DNA of 64,000 bases from Bacteroidales bacterium. Lineage in GTDB: Bacteria > Bacteroidota > Bacteroidia > Bacteroidales > FEN-979. The notes below the pieces were generated by a model, which was not told where the DNA came from, made no database searches, and saw only the letters and a list, made by a program, of their open reading frames with translations. Below are positions 36,524 to 44,793 of the stretch, piece after piece; the first letter of the stretch is position 1, and each line of letters opens with the position of its first letter. Where the stretch lies: positions 3,114 through 67,113 of the forward strand of contig JANXZO010000070.1 in assembly GCA_025355465.1 (NCBI GenBank), read 5' to 3'. The translations under genes and the position numbers were made by a program.

Positions 36524-37306
36524 ATGCTGCTTTCCGGACTGTTCAGTTTAAGAATTGTTGATGTCATTGACATCATTCTGTTTGCCATAATGCTTTACGA
36601 AGTGTACAACCTCGTAAAAGGAACCGCCGCCATCCGTATCTTCATCGGGATCATTGCCATCTACCTGATCTGGAAACTGGTGAAAGCCTTCCAGATGCAG
36701 TTGCTTACGGAAATTCTGGGTCAGTTCATCAGTGTGGGATTCATCGCCCTTATCGTGGTGTTCCAACCCGAGATAAGGCAGTTCCTGCTGATGGTGGGCA
36801 ATACCCGGATCATCAAAAACCAGCGAAAACGGTTCCTCTTCTGGAAATTCAAGATCAACAATCCGGTGAACCTGAATGTCGGAAAGATCGTAAAAGCCTG
36901 CCAGAAACTCGCGGAAACCCATACCGGAGCGCTGATCGTAATCACACAGCAGAACGAGCTCAACGCCTGTGTGGCTACCGGTCAGCCGATCGATGCCATG
37001 ATCACTGAAACACTTCTGGAGACGATCTTCTTCAAGAACAGCCCCCTGCATGACGGTGCGGTAGTCATCATCGGCGACAGCATCAAAGCTGCACGATGTA
37101 TTCTTCCTGTATCCAACCGTGAAGATCTCCCTTCCGGAGTAGGATTGCGCCACAGAGCCGCTGTGGGCATCACGGAAAAATCGGATGCCGTGGCCATCAT
37201 CGTGTCGGAAGAGCGTGGAAAAATCAGTTACAGCTTCGAAGGACGGCTTATCCGGAACGTCACGCCGTCGGAGCTCTCTACCTTCCTGGAAAATCTGTTT
37301 AAGTAG
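36524..37306 (+). CDS. cdaA: diadenylate cyclase (c-di-AMP synthase)
   Basis: 260-aa ORF with three N-terminal TM helices and DAC-domain motifs (GALIVI, SPLHDGAVVI, GLRHRAA). Confidence 0.9.
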   Translation: MLLSGLFSLRIVDVIDIILFAIMLYEVYNLVKGTAAIRIFIGIIAIYLIWKLVKAFQMQLLTEILGQFISVGFIALIVVFQPEIRQFLLMVGNTRIIKNQRKRFLFWKFKINNPVNLNVGKIVKACQKLAETHTGALIVITQQNELNACVATGQPIDAMITETLLETIFFKNSPLHDGAVVIIGDSIKAARCILPVSNREDLPSGVGLRHRAAVGITEKSDAVAIIVSEERGKISYSFEGRLIRNVTPSELSTFLENLFK

Positions 37307-37309
37307 CGT

Positions 37310-37340
37310 CGGTTCCGGCAAGTTCATCTGCCGGCAACCG
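37310..37340. terminator. hairpin between convergent genes (probable bidirectional terminator)
   Basis: CGGTTCCGGCA / TGCCGGCAACCG forms an ~11-bp GC-rich stem with one bulge and an 8-nt loop. There is no strong U-tract. Confidence 0.45.
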
Positions 37341-37345
37341 GAAAA

Positions 37346-37912
37346 TTATCTGCGCTTTTTGGTTTTGGCCAGTGAGTCGGCAATGCGGATGCTGTCGGCC
37401 TTTCGCTTCATGTCAAACTCGCGAACCATCTGCTCCGGGCTCTTCCCAAGATTCATCAGGGCCAGCCGGGCATCCTTGTTGAATTCATTATTCGGATACT
37501 TTTCGATGAACAACAGATAACTTTCCCGAGCCTGTTCAATATCGTGAATGACATTTTCGTAAACAAAAGCTTTGAAAAACAGACAGAGCGCAGCTTTCGG
37601 CTGATAAGGGTATGATTTCAGGTATCGGTCGAAATAACTCAATGCCCTGCTTCCGTTTCCGGCGTTCATTGCCACATTTGCAGCCTTGAACACGAAGGAC
37701 GGAGTAAGTGAATCGGCGGGAAACCTGCTGATATATTCGTCGTACATAGTCAATAAACTGTCAGCAGTAGGTTTCGAAAAACTTACTGCTTCCGGAGAAA
37801 AAAGCCGCTTTTCGATGGATCGGATCCGTTCAACGGATTTTTCGCGTGAAGGTTTACAACCTGAAACCATGGCCACGAGGGCCAAAACAATAAGGAGTGT
37901 GCTTTTTTTCAT
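37346..37912 (-). CDS. TPR-like lipoprotein
   Basis: 188-aa ORF with the lipobox LVAMVSGC and a TPR-like helical repeat pattern (YFDRYLKSYPYQPKAALCLFFKAFVY). Confidence 0.55.
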   Translation of the reverse strand: MKKSTLLIVLALVAMVSGCKPSREKSVERIRSIEKRLFSPEAVSFSKPTADSLLTMYDEYISRFPADSLTPSFVFKAANVAMNAGNGSRALSYFDRYLKSYPYQPKAALCLFFKAFVYENVIHDIEQARESYLLFIEKYPNNEFNKDARLALMNLGKSPEQMVREFDMKRKADSIRIADSLAKTKKRR

Positions 37913-37915
37913 CTT

Positions 37916-38488
37916 TTATCTTCTTCCTTTTTTAAGCATGGGAAACAACATCCGGTAAGCAACTTCAACATTTCCTTTTGAAATATCGTTCAGTCGGCCC
38001 TTCAGCAACATCTTCCTGATTGATGAGATGCGGTCGACAAAAACGATCCCTTCGATGTGATCGTATTCATGCTGGATGATCCTGGCTACCACACCTTCAA
38101 ATTTTTCATCATGCGCGATTAGATTTTCATCCAGATACTTCATGAAAATTACCGGTTTTCGCATTACATCTTCGCGGAGGCCCGGAAAACTAAGACAACC
38201 TTCGTTGAATGGATACTCCTCTCCCTCCTCTATATATATTTTGGCATTGATGAATACCTTTTTAAATCCTTCGGCCTCCGGATATTTTTCCGAGAAGGCA
38301 GACGCATCGATTACAAACATTCGCAATGACCGATTCACTTGCGGCGCTGCCAGCCCTACGCCGTCACTCTGGTACATGGTATCCCACATGTTTGCGATAA
38401 ATTCAGACAAACCTGGAAAATCCGGGGGGATGTCTTCTGCTACCTTTTTCAGGACCGGGTGACCATAAGCAACAACGGGTAGAATCAT
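37916..38488 (-). CDS. def: peptide deformylase
   Basis: 190-aa ORF with GVGLAAPQ, EGCLSFPG and QHEYDHIEG. Confidence 0.95.
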   Translation of the reverse strand: MILPVVAYGHPVLKKVAEDIPPDFPGLSEFIANMWDTMYQSDGVGLAAPQVNRSLRMFVIDASAFSEKYPEAEGFKKVFINAKIYIEEGEEYPFNEGCLSFPGLREDVMRKPVIFMKYLDENLIAHDEKFEGVVARIIQHEYDHIEGIVFVDRISSIRKMLLKGRLNDISKGNVEVAYRMLFPMLKKGRR

Positions 38489-38498
38489 AGGGAGTGAA

Positions 38499-38545
38499 GA
38501 GTTATGAGTTATGAGTTATGAGTTATGAGTTATGAGTTATGAGTT
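38499..38545. repeat. tandem heptanucleotide repeat (GAGTTAT)6 plus a partial unit
   Basis: Six perfect 7-nt units at 38499-38540 and a partial seventh. The array spans the last codons and stop of ruvX and most of the ruvX-def spacer. Confidence 0.95.
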
Positions 38546-38948
38546 TTTCCATGTAGGATTGTAAAAGGATGGTTGCACTTACCGTGTCGACCAGTGACTT
38601 GTTCTGCCGGTCCTTTTTTTTCAAACCTGCCTCTCGGATTGCCCGTGTAGCCATCAGCGAGGTAAAACGTTCATCCAGGCGTTCCACCGGGATGGACGGA
38701 AAGAGTATTTTCAACCGGTTAACAAAAGGTTCAATGAACTTTGCCGATTCGGAGGCCGTGTTGTTCATCTGCTTCGCATCACCAACAACAAAACATTCAA
38801 CACTGTTTTTACCCACGTAATCCTTCAGAAAATCGGTCAGATCATGGGTCCTCACGGTGGTAAGTCCGGTCGCAATAATCTTCAGCTCATCAGTTACCGC
38901 AATGCCTGTCCGTTTTTGTCCGTAATCAATAGCAACAATCCTTCCCAT
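38523..38948 (-). CDS. ruvX: Holliday junction resolvase-like protein RuvX/YqgF
   Basis: 141-aa ORF with GRIVAIDYGQKRTGIAV. The final residues (ITHNS*) are encoded by the heptamer repeat. Confidence 0.9.
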   Translation of the reverse strand: MGRIVAIDYGQKRTGIAVTDELKIIATGLTTVRTHDLTDFLKDYVGKNSVECFVVGDAKQMNNTASESAKFIEPFVNRLKILFPSIPVERLDERFTSLMATRAIREAGLKKKDRQNKSLVDTVSATILLQSYMEKLITHNS

Positions 38949-38965
38949 GCATGTTCTTTCATTTG

Positions 38966-38973
38966 CAAAGGTA
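38966..38973 (-). promoter_or_regulatory. Bacteroidota -7 promoter motif
   Basis: The minus strand reads TACCTTTG, 17 nt upstream of the ruvX ATG. Confidence 0.45.
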
Positions 38974-38994
38974 CAAAGAAGTTGAAATTTTTGC

Positions 38995-39002
38995 TAATTT
39001 TG
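38995..39002 (+). promoter_or_regulatory. Bacteroidota -7 promoter motif
   Basis: TAATTTTG lies 95 nt upstream of the dapD start, which implies a long leader. Confidence 0.4.
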
Positions 39003-39097
39003 AAAAATCTCCCCCGCTAAGAAACCTTTGCTGCCCGCGCAGCGGTGCCGGACAGAGCGGAGACAACCTGACAGGATCCGGGAGCTAAAAAAAATTA

Positions 39098-39922
39098 ATG
39101 CTTATGAGTACAGACCTGAAAACCATCATCGAGCAAGCCTGGGAAGACCGGGAACTGCTCAGGCAGGAGGAGACACAGGCCGCCATCACCCGCGTTGTGG
39201 AAAAACTCGACCGTGGACTTTTGCGGGTCGCTGAACCCGATGGTGATGCATGGATTACGCATGAATGGATAAAAAAAGCGGTAATCCTGTACTTTCCGAT
39301 CCGGAAGATGGAACTGGTTGAGACAGGCCCGTTCCAGTTTTTTGACAAGATTCCGCTCAAAAGTGGTTATGATAAACTGGGAGTCAGGGTAGTTCCCCAT
39401 GCGGTTGCACGCTACGGGTCGTTTATTGCCGAAGGGGTGATATTGATGCCCTCCTACGTCAATATCGGCGCTTATATTGACCGGGGTACGATGGTGGATA
39501 CCTGGGCCACCGTTGGCTCCTGCGCGCAGGTTGGCCGAAACGTGCATCTGAGCGGTGGCGTTGGGCTGGGTGGCGTGCTCGAACCGGTTCAGGCGGCCCC
39601 GGTGATCATCGAGGACAACTGTTTTATCGGCTCACGGTGCATCGTTGTGGAGGGTGTCCGCATCGGGAAGGAGGCCGTTCTGGGGGCAAATGTGGTGCTT
39701 ACCGGTTCGACAAAAATTGTCGACGTTTCCGGAGCCACACCCATTGAACATAAAGGCTACGTCCCGCCCCGTTCAGTGGTAATCCCTGGTACATTGCCAA
39801 AGATATTTCCTTCCGGAACTTACCAGGTTCCCTGCGCCCTGATCATCGGACAACGAAAAGCGTCCACCGATCTTAAGACCTCGCTCAACCAGGCACTTCG
39901 CGATTTCGACGTTGCTGTTTAA
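39098..39922 (+). CDS. dapD: 2,3,4,5-tetrahydropyridine-2,6-dicarboxylate N-succinyltransferase
   Basis: 274-aa ORF with left-handed beta-helix hexapeptide repeats and a typical DapD N-terminus (IIEQAWEDRELL). The start could be the ATG at 39104. Confidence 0.9.
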   Translation: MLMSTDLKTIIEQAWEDRELLRQEETQAAITRVVEKLDRGLLRVAEPDGDAWITHEWIKKAVILYFPIRKMELVETGPFQFFDKIPLKSGYDKLGVRVVPHAVARYGSFIAEGVILMPSYVNIGAYIDRGTMVDTWATVGSCAQVGRNVHLSGGVGLGGVLEPVQAAPVIIEDNCFIGSRCIVVEGVRIGKEAVLGANVVLTGSTKIVDVSGATPIEHKGYVPPRSVVIPGTLPKIFPSGTYQVPCALIIGQRKASTDLKTSLNQALRDFDVAV

Positions 39923-40905
39923 TGCAAAAGATACTTGTTATCCAAACCGCCTCCATCGGCGATGTCATCCTGGCCACACCGGTACTGGAAAAGCTGCACG
40001 CAGTATTTCCGGCTGCAGCCATAGACATTCTCCTGAAGCAAGGAACAGCACAGCTTTTTGATGTCCACCCGTACCTTCACGAAGTTTTGGTATGGGATAA
40101 AAAACACAATAAGTACCGGAATTTCAGAAGACTTATCTACCGCATCCGCAATACAAAATACGACCTGGTCGTGAACCTTCAGCGATTCTTCATGACCGGA
40201 CTTTTGACCGCAGTTTCAGGCGCTGAAATAAAGACAGGATTCGATAAAAACCCGCTCTCGCTATTTTTCACCAACAGGATAATGCATACGATCGGTACCG
40301 GTGTTCATGAGGCGGAGCGCAATTTATCGTTGATCGCGTCGATGACAGACGGCATGTTCACCCCTCCCCGGCTCTACCCTTCAAAACAGGACGAAGAGAA
40401 GACCTCGGTTTTTAAACATGGGACCTATTACACCATTTCGCCAGCTTCACTGTGGTTTACGAAACAATACCCGTGGGAAAAATGGCTGGAATTGATAAAT
40501 CTGATTCCGCCGGGTAAAAACATTTACCTGTTGGGATCGCCGGCCGACCGCGAAGGCTGTCAATCAATCATCAGGCAATCTTCCAATCCCTCGTGTGTCG
40601 ACCTTTCCGGGCAATTATCTCTGCTGGAGTCTGCGTCACTGATGAAAGACGCCAGGATGAATTTCACCAACGATTCTGCTCCGATGCACCTTGCTTCGGC
40701 CATGAATGCTCCTGTTACAGCCATTTACTGCTCCACCATTCCCGGTTTTGGCTTCGGTCCGCTTTCCGATGACCGGGTGGTAATTGAAACACCTGAACAT
40801 CTCGAATGCCGCCCCTGCGGATTACATGGCCACCGCGAATGTCCTGAAAAACATTTCCGGTGTGCCATTACAATCCCCGTATCACTGCTGGTAAAGCGGC
40901 TCTAG
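39922..40905 (+). CDS. glycosyltransferase family 9 (heptosyltransferase-like)
   Basis: 327-aa ORF with MQKILVIQTASIGDVILATP and NDSAPMHLA. The ATG overlaps the dapD stop (TAATG). Confidence 0.8.
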   Translation: MQKILVIQTASIGDVILATPVLEKLHAVFPAAAIDILLKQGTAQLFDVHPYLHEVLVWDKKHNKYRNFRRLIYRIRNTKYDLVVNLQRFFMTGLLTAVSGAEIKTGFDKNPLSLFFTNRIMHTIGTGVHEAERNLSLIASMTDGMFTPPRLYPSKQDEEKTSVFKHGTYYTISPASLWFTKQYPWEKWLELINLIPPGKNIYLLGSPADREGCQSIIRQSSNPSCVDLSGQLSLLESASLMKDARMNFTNDSAPMHLASAMNAPVTAIYCSTIPGFGFGPLSDDRVVIETPEHLECRPCGLHGHRECPEKHFRCAITIPVSLLVKRL

Positions 40906-40923
40906 CCCTTCTAAAATATTTAG

Positions 40924-40931
40924 TACCTTTG
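40924..40931 (+). promoter_or_regulatory. Bacteroidota -7 promoter motif
   Basis: TACCTTTG lies 45 nt upstream of the ATG at 40977. Confidence 0.45.
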
Positions 40932-40976
40932 AGCGTTTGATTACGATGCAGGGAATGCAGGAATATTTAGCGTAGT

Positions 40977-41540
40977 ATGAAAAGGGAGATTGACCGATGT
41001 CTGGAAATCCTGGAGAAGGGCGGAACCATCCTTTATCCTACCGACACTGTCTGGGGTATTGGTTGTGATGCAACGAATCCTGCTGCAGTGGAAAGCATCT
41101 ACCGGATTAAAAAAAGGATGGAAAGCAAGAGCATGATCATCCTGCTCGACCATGAAAAAAGACTCCCCGATTATGTAGTGGCTGTTCCTGAGCTGGCATG
41201 GGACCTGATAAAAAGTGTTGATACGCCGCTTACCATCATTTATCCGAAAGCCAAAAATCTTGCCTCCAATGTGATCGCCGAAGACGGCTCTATCGCCATC
41301 CGCATCGTGAACCACGAATTCTGCCGAAAATTGATCAAAGCATACGGAAAGCCGATCGTTTCTACTTCTGCCAACGTTTCAGGCGATCCCCCGCCCAAGG
41401 TGTTCAACAATATCTCCGCCTATATCATAAAACAAGTTGATTATACAGTACATTTATATCAGGCCGAACTTCAACAGGTAAAGCCTTCGCGGATAATTAA
41501 ACTGAATGAAAACGGTGAATTCCGGATCATTCGCAAATAA
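40977..41540 (+). CDS. tsaC: L-threonylcarbamoyladenylate synthase (TsaC/YrdC type)
   Basis: 187-aa ORF with ILYPTDTVWGIGCDA and VSTSANVSG. Confidence 0.85.
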   Translation: MKREIDRCLEILEKGGTILYPTDTVWGIGCDATNPAAVESIYRIKKRMESKSMIILLDHEKRLPDYVVAVPELAWDLIKSVDTPLTIIYPKAKNLASNVIAEDGSIAIRIVNHEFCRKLIKAYGKPIVSTSANVSGDPPPKVFNNISAYIIKQVDYTVHLYQAELQQVKPSRIIKLNENGEFRIIRK

Positions 41541-41556
41541 CCGAAACTTCCCCTTC

Positions 41557-43920
41557 ATGCTGATGAAAATACCCTACCTGATCTTGTTGCCGGCACTCCT
41601 CTTTATCTCCTTGTGCGGCCAGTCTCAAAGTAACGCAAAACCCAGACACTTCACGATCAGCGGTAAAATCACCGACCTGTCGAGCGGTGAAGCCCTGGTA
41701 GGCGCTACCGTTTTTATCAGAGAGCTAAAAACCGGTGCTGTTTCCGACATCTACGGAAACTATTCCCTTACCCTGGACACCGGGGCTTATTCACTTGTAT
41801 ATTCGTACATTGGCTTCGTTACCGTCGAAAAAAAGATTGACCTGCATTCAAATCAAACCATTTCAATTGAGCTAAATCCACACCAGCAAACGTTAAAAGA
41901 GGTGGAGATCACTAGTGAAAAGGATGATAAGAATGTGAAAAAACCTGAGATGAGCACATTCCGGATGGACATCAAGACCATTCAAAGGATTCCTGCATTG
42001 ATGGGGGAAGTAGATATCATCAAAGCCATTCAGTTGCTTCCGGGGGTGCAATCTGTTGGAGAAGGGGCAAGCGGCTTCAGTGTTCGAGGCGGAGCTCCAG
42101 ATCAAAACCTTATCCTTCTCGACGAGGCAACCGTTTACAATGCTTCCCACCTGATGGGTTTTTTCTCCGTATTTAACAACGATGCCATAAAGGATGTAAA
42201 ATTATACAAGGGTGACATCCCTGCCAACTACGGTGGCCGGCTTTCCTCTGTTCTGGATGTCCGCATGAATGAAGGAAATTCCAAAAAATTTGAAGTTAAT
42301 GGCGGCATCGGCATCATTGCAAGCAGGCTGACGGTGGAAGGGCCCCTGGCCAAAGACCGCGCCTCGTTCATTGTTTCAGGCCGCCGAACCTATGCCGACC
42401 TCTTTCTGCCGCTCTCTTCAAACAAGGCGTTGCAGAATAACAGGCTGTATTTTTACGATTTCAATGCCAAGATCAACTATCGGATCAATGACAACAACCA
42501 GATATTCCTTTCGGGATACTTTGGCCGCGATGTGTTTAAAAATGCATTTGCCGGTATGCAGTGGGGAAACGAAACGGCGACATTCCGCTGGAACCACCTG
42601 TTCACCAAGCAACTTTTCTCAAATTTCTCTTTCATTTACACCAATTACCGCTACTTCCTCGGAACACCGGCCGGCGACAACAACTCGTTCGAATGGTTGT
42701 CTAACCTCAGAGACCTCGGACTGAAGGGCGACTTTAGCTATTACCTGAATACCAAAAACACCATAAAATTCGGAGCCACCGTGATCTATCATATGTTTAC
42801 GCCGGGCATTGCCAGGGGCATCGGAACCGAGACGGTCTTCAGCGAGGTGAAAGTGCCCAACAACTATGCTGTTGAATCAGGTATTTACGGAAGCAATGAG
42901 CAACAGTTAAACAGTCACCTGACCATCAAATACGGATTGCGTCTTTCCATGTTTCAGAATGTCGGGCCGGGTACCGTTTTCCATTACGATTCCACCCATG
43001 CCGCCATTGATTCCACAGTGTACAACCCCGGGGTGCTTTATAACACCTATGCCGGAGTGGAACCGCGTCTGGGAATTCTTTATGAATTCAATCCAAAATC
43101 TTCGGTCAAGGCCAGCTATGCACGAACCTACCAGTACCTCCAGCTTGCGCAGAATTCAACCGTGGGAACCCCGCTCGATATCTGGTTTCCTGCCAGTCCG
43201 AACGTCAAGCCACAGATTGCAGATCAGGTAGCGCTGGGCTATTTCCGCAATTTCCGCCGGAATACCATTGAAACCTCTGTGGAGGTTTACTATAAATGGA
43301 TGCAGAATGTAGTCGATTTCAAGGATTATGCAAAACTGCTATTAAACAGCAAACTGGAAGGAGAGATCAGGACCGGCAAGGCATGGTCGTATGGCATTGA
43401 ATTTCTGGTTCGGCTCAATGAAGAGAGACTTAACGGATGGATCAGTTATACCTATTCGCGAACTTTCAGGCAGATTGCCGAGATCAATGCGGGAAGCAAG
43501 TATCCGGCTCCTTACGACAAGCCGAACAACATCTCGGTGGTACTGAATTACAACATCAGCAAACGGTTCACTGTTTCCGCCAACTGGGTTTATGCGACCG
43601 GATCTCCGGTTACTTTCCCGACCGGACGTGCCGAGGTTGGTGGCAAGATCATCCCCATCTATTCAGACCGGAATGCTTACCGCTACCAGGACTATCACCG
43701 GCTCGATGTGAGTCTCACCTTTTACTCCAAGCCAAAGCCCGGAAGGAAATTTACCTGGGATCTGAACTTCTCGGTTTACAATGCCTATAACCGGAAAAAC
43801 ACATGGTCAATCAACTTCGTGCAGGACAAAGAAAACCCGAATACCACCTACGCCGAAAAAGTATATCTTTTTGGAATTGTCCCTTCTGTAACCTTTAACT
43901 TCCACTTCAACAATGATTAA
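41557..43920 (+). CDS. TonB-dependent receptor with CarboxypepD_reg-like N-domain
   Basis: The signal peptide begins at the ATG at 41557 (MLMKIPYLILLPALLF). It has ISGKITDLSSGEALVGATVFI, the plug motifs (IQLLPGVQS, FSVRGG) and a beta-barrel ending in F. Confidence 0.85.
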   Translation: MLMKIPYLILLPALLFISLCGQSQSNAKPRHFTISGKITDLSSGEALVGATVFIRELKTGAVSDIYGNYSLTLDTGAYSLVYSYIGFVTVEKKIDLHSNQTISIELNPHQQTLKEVEITSEKDDKNVKKPEMSTFRMDIKTIQRIPALMGEVDIIKAIQLLPGVQSVGEGASGFSVRGGAPDQNLILLDEATVYNASHLMGFFSVFNNDAIKDVKLYKGDIPANYGGRLSSVLDVRMNEGNSKKFEVNGGIGIIASRLTVEGPLAKDRASFIVSGRRTYADLFLPLSSNKALQNNRLYFYDFNAKINYRINDNNQIFLSGYFGRDVFKNAFAGMQWGNETATFRWNHLFTKQLFSNFSFIYTNYRYFLGTPAGDNNSFEWLSNLRDLGLKGDFSYYLNTKNTIKFGATVIYHMFTPGIARGIGTETVFSEVKVPNNYAVESGIYGSNEQQLNSHLTIKYGLRLSMFQNVGPGTVFHYDSTHAAIDSTVYNPGVLYNTYAGVEPRLGILYEFNPKSSVKASYARTYQYLQLAQNSTVGTPLDIWFPASPNVKPQIADQVALGYFRNFRRNTIETSVEVYYKWMQNVVDFKDYAKLLLNSKLEGEIRTGKAWSYGIEFLVRLNEERLNGWISYTYSRTFRQIAEINAGSKYPAPYDKPNNISVVLNYNISKRFTVSANWVYATGSPVTFPTGRAEVGGKIIPIYSDRNAYRYQDYHRLDVSLTFYSKPKPGRKFTWDLNFSVYNAYNRKNTWSINFVQDKENPNTTYAEKVYLFGIVPSVTFNFHFNND

Positions 43921-44758
43921 GCAAATCCTGACCCTCGCACTGATTTCGATACTGATAACCGGCTGTACGGAACGTATCGACCTTACCCTCGATGAGACCT
44001 ATACAAGGATTGTGGTGGATGGCTATGTTGCCACCGATTTCGGGGCTTACCAGATTGCACTTACAAAATCGACCGACTATTTCTACAATGCTCCGATGCC
44101 CCGGGTCAACAATGCCAATGTGACACTCTGGGACGGCACCAACTCCTATTACCTGAATGAAACTGTTCCGGGTCAGTCGGGGATATATACCACCGATTCC
44201 TCGTTCGAAGCCCAGGTGAATAAAACCTACACGCTTCAGGTACGGGTGCCGGAGGCCATTTCCGGACACAATACGTTCGATGCTTCCTGTCATCTGAATC
44301 CGGTTACACCCATCGATTCAATCACCTATGAATTCCATCCCGAATACGGCAAAGAGGGTGTCTGGTTTATCAACCTCTGGGCGCAGGAGCCGGGGAATGA
44401 AGTCAACTATTACATGTTCAACCTTTTTAAAAACGGCATCCTGATGACCGATTCAATCCAGAAAAGGACGGTGTCCGACGATGCATTGATCAACGGAAAA
44501 TACATGACGGGAATTACCGTTTTCCGGTTAAACAATGCCCACAAATGGATGACCATCGCCATCGGTGACACGATCACACTCCAGATGTCGGGAATAACGA
44601 AAGAGTACTTCAACTACGTTAACCAGGTAAAACAGGCCGGTTTCAACATTCCGTTTTTCAGTGGTCCTCCTGCCAATGTTCAGGGGAATATCAACAACGG
44701 CGGCATTGGTTTTTTTGCAGCTTACTCCAATAGCTATGCGAGTAAGGTGGTGAAGTAA
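43913..44758 (+). CDS. DUF4249 family lipoprotein
   Basis: 281-aa ORF with the lipobox ILITGC and an N-terminal pattern ERIDLTLDETYTRIVVDGYVTD. The start overlaps the receptor stop (ATGATTAA), the usual receptor-DUF4249 pairing. Confidence 0.7.
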   Translation: MIKQILTLALISILITGCTERIDLTLDETYTRIVVDGYVATDFGAYQIALTKSTDYFYNAPMPRVNNANVTLWDGTNSYYLNETVPGQSGIYTTDSSFEAQVNKTYTLQVRVPEAISGHNTFDASCHLNPVTPIDSITYEFHPEYGKEGVWFINLWAQEPGNEVNYYMFNLFKNGILMTDSIQKRTVSDDALINGKYMTGITVFRLNNAHKWMTIAIGDTITLQMSGITKEYFNYVNQVKQAGFNIPFFSGPPANVQGNINNGGIGFFAAYSNSYASKVVK

Positions 44759-44793
44759 TGAAATGGTAAAATGGTGAAATGGTGAAATGGTGA
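44746..44793. repeat. tandem octanucleotide repeat (AATGGTGA)
   Basis: The array reads GGTGGTGA AGTAATGA AATGGTAA AATGGTGA AATGGTGA AATGGTGA. That is three perfect units plus three degenerate units. The last unit contains the ATG at 44787 of the downstream gene. Confidence 0.9.

Noticed and set aside
36548-37327. 259-aa minus-strand ORF covering cdaA
   Set aside because: It is antisense to a gene with unmistakable diadenylate cyclase motifs and has no recognisable features of its own. The long antisense ORFs at 20614-21252 (pckA), 48756-49361 (purB), 19012-19608 (aminotransferase), 53200-53718 and 53922-54596 (pyrK/pyrD), 50976-51539 and 12518-13078 are rejected for the same reason.
38499-38545. 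Possibility that the tandem repeats here, at 44746-44793 and at 63029-63060 are CRISPR arrays
   Set aside because: The units are 7-8 nt and directly abutting, with no spacers, and no cas genes are present. These are microsatellite-type arrays, not CRISPR.
39028-39234. 68-aa plus-strand ORF starting in the dapD leader
   Set aside because: It is Arg-rich and out of frame with dapD, it overlaps dapD, and it begins at a non-ATG codon. The region is treated instead as an untranslated leader.
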